A DNA stretch of 62,457 nt, filler included, from Catajapyx aquilonaris (Eukaryota), in assembly GCA_000934665.2 (NCBI GenBank). It is 2 parts of 2 records of this genome, joined end to end, with 100 filler letters (N's around TTAATTAATTAA, not from the genome) between each part and the next. Parts side by side here need not be neighbours in the genome. Positions count along the whole stretch, not along the records: positions 31,274 to 62,457 come from JYFJ02004565.1; 1 more part is not named here. One strand, written 5' to 3'. Within the stretch, counting starts at the first letter, position 1, and the number at the start of each line of letters is the position of its first letter. This document shows, one piece after another, positions 37,546 to 47,194 of this stretch. Below the pieces are notes generated by a model. That model worked only from the letters and a program-made list of their open reading frames with translations, was not told the DNA's origin and did no database searches. The position numbers and the translations under genes are program-made.

Positions 37546-39084
37546 ATTCAACTGGCTACCCTGGATTCTCTGGATAACGACGCCTTTATGTGGGGCAACT
37601 CATTAACAAACTTCATCTGATATTTCCAAGTTGAGCAGTTGCTCTGAGTCTTTCTTAGCCTTGTGTGTGGTATCCTTTCTGATTGTCTTCTGGATGCATT
37701 TTTATCAGGATCTTCTTCCATGTGTTCCAGGCACTTCAGATGATCGCTTTTGTGTGTCAGTAGTTGATATCATTGAACCAGCATCCCAGTGGTCACTACA
37801 TCTCTTAGTAACGTGGCGAGAACTGCTTTACTGGGACCAAGAATTAGATGGAATTTGTTCATATACATTAAATTTCTTTCTGTAGACTTTAGTAGACATG
37901 TCCCAAGCAAGAAAACGTCTCGTCGAGGCTCGGGGTAGGTACTACCGATACTCTGTCCAGACCATCTTGATGCCCATTCTTCTCTGAGAACATTGATCCA
38001 AGACAATGCCATCTGGGTCAACAATGAAAGACATTCTTGGTTTACCCTGTGGAGTTACGAAGTAACCTGTTTAGAAGTGACGATAATATATTAGGATGCG
38101 TTAATGTTATTGTTGTCCCATGTTTTCCTAGATGTCTCGTGACGTTATTGAAGAAAAGATACGGTCAATTAGGTCGAGAATTTGAGTCTTCACCGTATAT
38201 TTTGCCCCCGGTTGAAAGTGACTTGGATTGCTGTCACATGTAGGAGCCACATGTAGACTGGTCATGACATTATTACTGGGTTTCAATATCGTACGGGTTT
38301 TTTTTTGAAGCCTACTATTTACATATTTAAATACCATGTGCTAATTCAGCATAATTAAGGGGACACACATACTCCTTCCATATTTTATTTAACACATTTG
38401 TTGGTCAATTTGATAACTATAGCTAACATAATGCCTCTTTACGTCTCATGATTGTGTTATTAATAAATTATTGTTATCTGGATTGACACAAAATGAATAT
38501 TGTGTAGGATAATTTGAATCCTTCTTGTGCACCGGTATCTCTGGTTACATAAGCACTTTGTCTATCTGAAGATCTGAATTTTAATGAGGATGTGACTCAA
38601 GTCCTCATTCTTCTCCTGCTGGTGTCGTCATCCTCACCAAGCCCATCAAAATCAGGCCAGGATACAGCCTACATTGAATAGTTGTATTGCTTGGTAAGTT
38701 TTGGTTCCCAGCACTGGTCACAGTACCGGTATCTATTCTCGGCGAAGCAAAGGAATGTCAGTCGCCGGAGCTGCCAGGATTGGGTCCTTGTATGGATGGA
38801 ATGAGCCGGGTCTCTAATGAATAATACCATTGTAACATATTGTGAATCTGGACACTTGCAGTTCAACGAGTCTGACTTTCAACAGGAAGGAAAGTTCCTC
38901 ATGTCAACCATGCTGTGGTAACAATTTTGTAATGGTCCCAGTATTTCATACTGTAATCTCGCCCTGATGTGTTTGGTAAATATCCTTCTTCACTTATGTT
39001 TTTATCCTATCTATGGTTTTCTAATTTCAAATTTACAGCTCCACTGCCATTAAAAGGCAAGAACTTAGTAACCGCTAATGGCAA

Positions 39085-39286
39085 TGACTCTTTAAGTGGG
39101 CCTACAGCAAAAATTTAAATATTTCAGGAACAGCTGTTGTTTTGCTGAAGAAGTTGCTGTTATTTCTGCAGGAGGTCTTGTTGTTCGTGGCATATGATTT
39201 TGCTTCAGTCTGCTGCGGCAGATGTTGCTTCTGCAAAAGCATAACAGTGAGTATTTGGAATTAGCACTGATTCTTCAACATGTCTT
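39085..39286. repeat. ~195-bp dispersed repeat, copy 2
   Basis: Direct-orientation similarity to 35240-35439. Confidence 0.8.
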
Positions 39287-39411
39287 AATGCCCCATGCAT
39301 TACATACATTACATAGGACTTTTCCTTTAAAAAAAGGGTATAGTCCCGTAGGACTTCCATTTTTTTGGAACTTCTTTAGTTGTGGTCATCGGTCCTCAGG
39401 TCATCATGTCA

Positions 39412-40191
39412 TCATGTCATCATGTCATCAGGTCCAAGGAAGACTGATACGACGTCATCCATCGAGTCGTCGACGGTGCTGGACTCTTCCATATCCAAGG
39501 ATTCCACTACTAGGTCACCAGTGGCGACGATCCTTTCTACGAGGTGGTCTGTAGCGGTGATCCTTTCTGCGTGGTGGTCCATTTCCGCGTTGTCTGGTTC
39601 GGCGACAACAGGAAACTCCTTCCTGAAGAAGGTGTTGGGAAATAGTTCCCTGTAATGAATGTCTGCCTTCTTCTTTGGGCCGACAGACTCTGGCTCCTTT
39701 TCCCATAGAGCGTTGTTCCATGGCCAATGAGCTACCACCTGGTTGGCCGCCACACCAGCCAACAGGTCATCTACTGGACCGCATGTTGATGGGACGTGGT
39801 CGTAGATCATTTGGTGAGTGAGATCTCTAGAGATCTTTTCTGAAAGATCTATTTCCACCTCCCTGGGTGTGGTCCAATCTATTACTGGCACCAATGCATG
39901 ATACCCGCTGGAATGAGGCTCACCTTCTGGTATGGGGGACAGTATTCCCGGAAAAGCCTCTACCAATTCGTTGTGTAATTTTTCCCAATTTGAATTGGTT
40001 AATTGTGAAGGAGACAACGGAAGGTAGTACGGTGACTGCGATCCTTCATCTGCGACGGCAGGAACGTCTTCTATCAACGGTAGAGGTTGAGGTGGTGGGC
40101 TTGACAATGGGCTCAGCAGTGGTGGAGGAATGTAAGGACGGTACTGCCTTACGCCACCTCTGTATCTCTTCTTCTTGGTGCTCTTCTCCAT
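39412..40191 (-). CDS. Intronless 259-aa hypothetical protein (basic N-terminus, Pro-rich segment, acidic C-terminus)
   Basis: Uninterrupted ATG-initiated ORF in otherwise decayed sequence; initiator-like TCAGTT ~55 nt upstream; no family recognised. Confidence 0.5.
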   Translation of the reverse strand: MEKSTKKKRYRGGVRQYRPYIPPPLLSPLSSPPPQPLPLIEDVPAVADEGSQSPYYLPLSPSQLTNSNWEKLHNELVEAFPGILSPIPEGEPHSSGYHALVPVIDWTTPREVEIDLSEKISRDLTHQMIYDHVPSTCGPVDDLLAGVAANQVVAHWPWNNALWEKEPESVGPKKKADIHYRELFPNTFFRKEFPVVAEPDNAEMDHHAERITATDHLVERIVATGDLVVESLDMEESSTVDDSMDDVVSVFLGPDDMMT

Positions 40192-40592
40192 CTCGTACAG
40201 TTATTTTGTGTGAGTTGTGGGTTAGACTTTCGAACAGACCAACTGAGCAACGTTCCTGACTAACTCAGTAATCAACAGTGTGGTTGATGTGGTTACTAGT
40301 GGAAACAATTACCACCTGTTGTCAAGGTAATGGTGGACTGACCTCTGGCAATGGGGCCGTCCAGACGGGCCGACCTTAGCCGCGGCCGGCCCCGGCCCCG
40401 GCCCCGGCTTGCGGAGCCACGGCTGGCCACGGTACCCGTTCAGACGGGCACAGGCGCCCGAATTTGTTTATTTGTTATTGGCGCCCGTATTTGTTTATTT
40501 GTTATGTGGGCGGTAGATGGCAGGCACGAAATACAAGTGACGCGCAGTATCCGTCCTCCACTGCTCCGGCTCCGACTGCTCTGAAGTCGACC

Positions 40593-42036
40593 ATGGAATT
40601 GGCGGAAGCTGTTGCTTGTGTTTCTGCACTGAGCACCTTCCAGTTTGCAGTTCTGCTAACTGTAGTGAGGCAAATCCTCCACCACCGCGAGGTGAAGCGG
40701 AAAGCCCGCATTCGGAGGGCCAGGCGGCTCAGGAGGCTGAAATACGTTCAGCAGCTGCAAGGTATGTAACCTCATGTAACCTGTCACTCCCTGCCCTGCT
40801 GCACGCCACTTATAACTGAATATAAAGTACAAATAAAGTGCGCCTGCACTACTGAAATCATTTTGCAGGAATTGGTTGGGAAACTTGTAGAAAAATTCAG
40901 ATGTGCACCATGCTGACAGTTTATGTAATGCTTTTCAGTGTTGCAGCATCTGACTTCCACTCATACGTTCACCAGGAGATTTTGGATCAAGACCACATGC
41001 AGGACTGGGGCTTGGAGCCAGAAGTTCTTGGATGGAAACTGGGACAATGAGGATTTTTATGAAAACTTTCGCATGACAGAGGAATGCTTCAATGACCTTT
41101 GCACCATGCTGGAGGCAACGCTAATGCACCTTGACACAAACATGCGACGTGCCATTCCGCTGAGACTTCAGGTTGCAGTTCCACTATATTACCTGGCTGA
41201 CAGCACTTCGTTGAAGACGTTATCAAACTTATTTGGAGTAGGCAACTCAACCGCATCCCAACTAATACATGAATTCTGTCAGGCAATCATTGATATCTTG
41301 AAACCGGTGTATCTTAAGTATCCCACAGATGAACAGTTCGAGTGCATGGTTGAGCAGTTTAAGAGTAACTTTGGGGTCCCAAATTGCGTTGGAGCCATAG
41401 ACGGGTCTCACGTCAAAATATGCTGCCCTCCAGGACACCGGAAGGACTACTTTAACAGAAAGCAGGATTACTCTATAGTGCTTCAGGCAGTTGTAGGTCC
41501 CAGTGGGGATATTTGGGACGCCAATGCTGGCTGGCCCGGCTCTGTACATGATGCAAGGGTTTTCACTGAATCGGCTATGTACAAAAGATTTTTGCAAGGG
41601 AGACTGCTACCTACCCGTTCAATTGATGTACCCAACCACCATGCCATCCCTATGTATATCATTGGCGATGGTGCCTATCCCCTGCTGTCCTGGCTAATGA
41701 AGCCATTTGCAGACACTGGCCGGCTCACCCAGGAGGAAGTGTCATATAATAAAACTATGAGTGGTGCAAGGTCTGTAGTTGAATGTGTATTTGGGAAGCT
41801 CAAAGGGCGCTTCCGTTGTTTGCTGCAATGTAACCTATGTCAACAAAATTGCCCTTGCTTGCTGCGTGCTGCATAACTTCCTGAACAAGAAAAACCAAAC
41901 CATCCCTGAGCGTTGGGTTGAAGCTGCAGAAGCCATGGACAACAATTTCACTTGTGTCAGATACGTACAGAGTAATAGTCGCGGGGCAGCAGCCATAAGG
42001 CGATCGTTGGTTTATTATTTCTCTTCCACGTCCTGA
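40593..42036 (+). pseudogene. Harbinger (HARBI1-like) DDE transposase 1
   Basis: Exons 40593..40761 (G|gtatgt) and 40939..42036. Motifs NFRM, LSNLFGVG.ST, CVGAIDGSHV, YFNRK, GWPGSVHDARVF, IGDGAYPL, ARSVVECVFGKLKGRFRCL, ACCVLHNF. A short deletion near 41826 shifts the frame of the last ~70 codons. Confidence 0.9.
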
Positions 42037-42205
42037 AGTGTAATGGGTTGTTTCTGTTAAGACAATTCGGGAGGCCGCCAGGCAAAAATGTCACCGCGTT
42101 GGAAGTTGACAGAATCTGAAAACATGTACTGGTTGGTTTCCTGTGAATGATTTTGTGCAATGTAATGTGTGGTTATTAAAGGAATGCTGTGAGAACTGGA
42201 GAGAT

Positions 42206-43065
42206 TTATTTATTCAAAAGAGCAGCCAGAAGGGCCGATTGCTGGGTTGCAAATGATTGCAGCACACCTTGCAGCATCTCACGATCTTGTCGCCTTTCCT
42301 CCCTTTCTTCCTCCGCTTCTTTTTTTCTTGCCTCCTTCTCATACCCAATGAAAGCATTCGCAACATTCTCCGCCACCTCCTTGTATACATCTGCCAAGTG
42401 GCGTTTCTGCGCTTGCCCTGTCAAAATACAAGAACCGTTACCATTTGGGAACTACAGGCCTACAGCTTGGCATCTGAATATTATACAGTAAGCTGTACCA
42501 ATGCCCCCAAAATTGATACAAAATTATTACAGGTACCTTGAGCTATCAGATTAAATTCCACTCGCAAAATTTGCAAATTTGAAACACAATATTCCAGGTT
42601 TGCAATTGTGGTTCTCACTTTTCTAGTACTCACTATCAATGACCATTTGAACCAAATATCCTACAGTCCAGGGCTTAATCACAGTCGTGCTTATTATTGT
42701 ATTTTCTAGTGTCCTTTAAGACCCGTACATACTGCGTGCACTTGCACTGTTCTCCTGTGCACTTGAACCCGGAGTAGATGATGTGGTCGTTTCTTCACTA
42801 ATGCTGCTGCTGCTTCGAGGAGTCTCAGAGATGCCATCTGAAGATGTAAAGGTTGGTGTGTCGGAATAACCTACTAGAATTTGCCTAGACCAGCCCAACC
42901 CAGCACATGCTAAAATGTGGCTTTACATCATCATGAACATGGTACATACCATCAGCTGCTGCAATTGTGACGGTCTGGCCGTTGAGAATTTCCTGCGCCT
43001 GCTGTTCCAGGTCCTCCTCCATCGGGTGCGACTCCTCCACATTGCCCGGGTTCTCCGAATGGGAC
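42206..43065 (-). CDS. 3' exons of the Harbinger partner (Myb/SANT- or MADF-type) gene; DNA-binding exon missing
   Basis: Three exon-like segments (~42950-43065, ~42732-42874, 42206-42417) with GTATGT donors and YAG acceptors: acidic/Ser-rich linker, then coiled coil EKEARKKEAEEEREERRQDREMLQ; convergent with transposase 1, the usual Harbinger layout. Confidence 0.6.
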
Positions 43066-43350
43066 TGAAGAAGATTAGTAATGTCATAAGTAATATACTG
43101 AAGCTGAAACTGAAGCAGGTTTATTTTCCATATCACATTGCATGAAACCATGTAAATGCAGACACATAATATGAAAGCACAAAACCATACAAAAATGGAA
43201 AAAAAACCTTTAATTCACCTCAATACAGCTGTATGAGGAAGGTGCTAAAACCATTAAAACCTATTATAACAGGAAGAATGGAAAAACTAAAACTACAATT
43301 GTTACATCTGTCAATGCCAGTCACGATGGGATGGCACAAAATATAATTTC

Positions 43351-44467
43351 TTATGAATCATGTGGGTTGGTAAGAAAGTGGAGCAAGGACCTCCTTATGG
43401 CTGGTGCCCCATTTTCATTACTTTGTACATAGCTCACATTGTTAACATTGCCTTCTAATGCTGTGACTTCTTCAATCCAGCGTCGGGGAATGACCTGATT
43501 TTTCGAATTTAAAAAATTATGCAGTATGCAGCATGCCAGGGCAATCTTGTTGACATTATCAACCTTGCAGTCATTTCGGCCAAGTAGACATCTAAATCGT
43601 CCTTTGAGTTTCCCGAATGTGCACTCCACAACCGATCTTGCCCCACACACAATCTTGTTATAAGCCGTTTCACTCGGAGTGAGCACTCCCGTGTGGGCAA
43701 ATGGTTTCATTAACCAAGTCTGTAGGGGATATGCCCCATCACCAAGGATGTACATCGGTACAGATTAATGGTTAGGCACAAGCAATTGTTCATCAGGAAA
43801 TAGCTTCCCTTTCAAATATCTCTTAAACAGTGATGACTCTGCAAAGACCCTTGCGTCGTGGACACTACCTGGCCAGCCTGCGTTGACGTCCCAAATTTCC
43901 CCATTTGAACCCACAACAATTTGTAATACAACAGAATAGTCGTGATTTCTATCGTAATAGTCTTTCCTGTGTCCAGGGGGGCAGACCACCTTGATGTGCG
44001 AACCATCAACTGCTCCAACACACTGAGGCACTCCGAATCTCTCTTTAAATTGCTCAGCCATGAGTAGGAACTGCTCCTGGGTGGGATAGGCAAGGTACTT
44101 ATGCCTCAAATGTCTATTACGGCCTGACAGAATTCATGAATGAGATCACTTGCCGTGGATTTGCCTATCCCAAACAAATTTGACAATGTGTTCAGTGACG
44201 TGTCGTCTGCCAGATAATATAGGGGCACAGCTACACGAACTTTTAGTGGCAGGGCTCGCCTCATATTTGTATCCTGCCGCTCTAGTTTGTTACACAAGAC
44301 CGCACACAAGTAATCAAAGCATTGTTCATTCATTCGAAAGTTCTGTAGAAAATCTTCCTTGTCCCATTGGCCGTTCAGCAGTCTCATTCGCCAAGCACCT
44401 GTCCGCGTTGTTGACTTCTCCCAATATCTTCTTGTGAAGCAGTGGTTGGACGTTTCATGCTGCAAAG
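43351..44467 (-). pseudogene. Harbinger (HARBI1-like) DDE transposase 2
   Basis: NFRM, CVGAVDGSHI, GWPGSVHDARVF, LGDGAYPL, ARSVVECTFGKLKGRFRCL, ACCILHNF. Broken at ~44106 and ~43765. Same phase-1 intron position as transposase 1 (.LQH.TS.H.FTRR.W); first exon missing. Confidence 0.9.
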
Positions 44468-44495
44468 CTGCAACGCTGCAACAAACGACATAAGC

Positions 44496-45387
44496 TCAGC
44501 ATGTAAGGATCTTTGGTGAGTTACGATACTGCACCTCATCTGATGCCTGAATGCGAACAATTTTTTTCTTTTTCTGTTGGACCTCCAGCTGTTCTTGCAT
44601 GGATGCAAAGACTACCGCCTCGTCAATGGTGGTGGCACCCTTCACGCTAACCACAAGTCTAGCGCTATTGGAAATAAGTCCTTTGCTAAACTGGGCAAGT
44701 AATTGTGCCTGTAGTAGTGGGTCATCTATGACAGTGTTAGACGTGGAGGCAATGCGTATGCCTATTTCTCTTAACCTGGAGGCATAGCTTCTGACATCCT
44801 CCTCGACCTCCTGGTGTAGATCCGTAAGCTGAGACAAAAGGCTCGATATGCTCTGTTTAGATCCATACCTTTCGACCAGACACTTGGAAAAAGACACTCC
44901 CAGTTGTGTGTAGCAGTTGTTGGCTGAGTGGACAGGCATCGCCAATAACCCGGACCTTCTGATCCTCCGACCATCCCGAGAGGGTGGCTGCTTCATCTAA
45001 ATTGGTTAGAAACTGACTTACCGACTCTGACTGTAAGCCTTGGAAAGTGGGAACCAAGTGTATAAATGACAAATCAGGTCTGTTTGACTCCTGTACAGCT
45101 GGGCGGTTTGGTGTCAACCTGGTTGGAGTGGGAACAGATAACATCAAATCTGATCCGTTAGTCTCATGTATAGTTGGAGGATTAAGTGTCAACCTGGTTG
45201 GATTGGGAACAGACAACATCTGAGTACTGTTTCGAAATGACTCCAGCTCTTTTTCTTGTAGGGCTATGGCTATGTCTTGGACAGGCGGAATGGTGGACTT
45301 GTTAACCCTTGGACGACCTGTGGTTCTGTGAACCGGCTCTTTCTGTTTTGAAACCTTGCCAGAGGTACCTCTCTTGACCCTCTTCAT
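44496..45387 (-). pseudogene. Ty3/Gypsy gag (capsid) fragment
   Basis: LVPTFQGLQSESVSQFLTNLDEAATLSGWSEDQKV, LVERYG, L.Q..EEDVRSYASRLREIG, QFSKGL: retrotransposon gag/MHR pattern. Frameshift near 44940, a 25-aa internal repeat near the N-terminus, truncated before pol. Confidence 0.8.
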
Positions 45388-45491
45388 GGTTAAACAATTA
45401 CAGTTTGAAATACGTAACCATAAAAGTAAGTCTATTATTGGTCTGGGAGCTCGATTAATAGGAACGGGTCACGGCACCAAATTCTCCCTAT

Positions 45492-45819
45492 GTGACGCCA
45501 GGATGAAGGTCGATTATTGGTATGCGACTCGCGGGAGATTACGGCCAGTATCACACTGCACCGGACCTGGTTCGGGCTTCCGCCAACCTGGTATGGCTGG
45601 TGAGAGGGAAGCACTTCATTTATTGGTACGGTCGACCACTAATGCTGTACACGACCAGGTGGTACAGATCCCTGCGGACCTGATCGTGTAACTGAATAGC
45701 AGGTCTTTGTATGGCTACCACTTGGTAAATGGTTGATGGTACAGATCCCTGCGGACCAACCTATTACCCAGCAGTACCGACCCCCGTACTGTATCTTATA
45801 AATGATAACAACGACTTCA
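45492..45819 (-). mobile_element. 5' LTR (45504-45819) and primer-binding site of the Gypsy element
   Basis: 316-bp segment bounded by TGAAGGTCG...CGACTTCA (TG..CA with short inverted ends), minus-strand AATAAA at ~45619. On the minus strand it is followed 3 nt later by TGGCGTCAC (PBS-like) and then gag. Confidence 0.75.
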
Positions 45820-46123
45820 CTCATTCAACTTTGACCGGGCAGAGAGTAGGGTCATGACCAGCTTCAGATGGCAGAACCTCTCGCACCGCTGGCTGCCGAC
45901 CGACTGGCTCTCCCGACCCAAAGTACTTTTATTCATCACATCGGTTTTGTCTACGTTGCTACAACATAAGTTTGTGTCACAACAAGGTAACCTTAACGAT
46001 TCACAAAGTGAAACTATAGATACAGAAAATGCATGGAGACAAACAATCACAAACAACGTAATTACAGCAACAATGCCCCATGCATTACATACATTACATA
46101 GTTTCAATATCTGCAATAAATCA

Positions 46124-46832
46124 TGGGGATTTCCATTGACGAATGTGGCCTTGACCCTGGGTCACGGTCAGTGGCGCCATCCGCAATGTACCCCGCAGCA
46201 CTATCCTGTGTCCCCCTTGATGCAACCCACATTCCATATGCAGCAGGTCTTGTTGGATGCATGATTGGCAGTTACTGCAGTGGAGGACTATCTCAGAGAT
46301 GAACAAAATTTCACACAGATGGTAATGTACAGTACAGTATATGGACTGCTGAAGCTGTTGAAATGACAGTGTGAATAATTATGTATGCATGATTTTATCT
46401 TTAATGCAGTTACACCAAATGATAATAGCATATGTAATTTTGCAGTGTGCATACCTGTCATCAGTTGGAGGGAATGGAATGGTGAACACAGTTAACAGAA
46501 TCTTAAAAGAGGGCATAACTGACAAGTTGGCTTCACAATTCAGTTACAGCGGGACGAGAAAAGGGAAAAAAGCCTTTCAAGATTTGCTGTTTAATACTGT
46601 TGTGATTCCTAAGTATTTTTGATTGTTTACCATGTATTGCACTACCAGCAAAATTAATTTGGAATCCCAACACTACATCAATATTGTTTCATGCCTGTGT
46701 TTCATAGGAGCAGTGCAGGCAAGTATTACTGGCAGCTCCGCTAGTGCTGTCAAGACAGCTATACAAATATACCTCAAGTATGCCCCAGAACGCATACTGA
46801 AGGCACAAAGAAAAAGCAAGGGAATGGAATGA
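46124..46832 (+). pseudogene. DUF4806/BEN-like accessory gene fragment of a CACTA/EnSpm (CMC) transposon
   Basis: FPLTNV...AVEDYLRDEQNFTQM | CAYLSSVGGNGMVNTVNRILKEGITDKLASQFSYSGTRKGKKAFQDL | AVQ...VKTAIQIYLKYAPER; exon-like boundaries, one donor mutated (ctaagt at ~46609). Confidence 0.7.
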
Positions 46833-47194
46833 TGGCGGGTATATAGTTGTATGGCTGGAATGACAATTTCAAATCATCACATTTTTCCCCAGCCTGATTT
46901 AATTTTTTTTTTTTTAGATTGTTTAAGATGTTAAGTGAACGCCTAGTTGGAAGGCGTCAATTTTACAGGCGCATCAATCAAGCTCTTTGTGACAGTGTTG
47001 GACAAGAAATCAGTGATATTGCTGCTGATTGTGAGGAAAAGGGGGGGGGGGGCTGTTTTGGATTGTGTTGACATAGAAGACTGTGGTTTACGTGCGTCTA
47101 GAAATATAAGTGGGGCCTGTGCCAGCATCAGCAGAGATGGAAGTGTAAGTGAAAGTCGTGCTGCAGCAGGTGATGAACACTTCATGGACTTATA

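Larger units (their letters stand above)
40353..44467. mobile_element. PIF/Harbinger element (left end, transposase 1, partner-gene exons, transposase 2); right part lost
   Basis: GC-rich TIR-like end GGGGCCGTCCAGACGGGCC with a subterminal repeat CCGTTCAGACGGGC (~40436), followed by the genes listed below. No matching right TIR found in the window. Confidence 0.7.

Noticed and set aside
40593..44467. Domesticated HARBI1 host genes
   Set aside because: Both copies carry frameshifts or stops, lie next to a TIR-like end and sit within TE debris.
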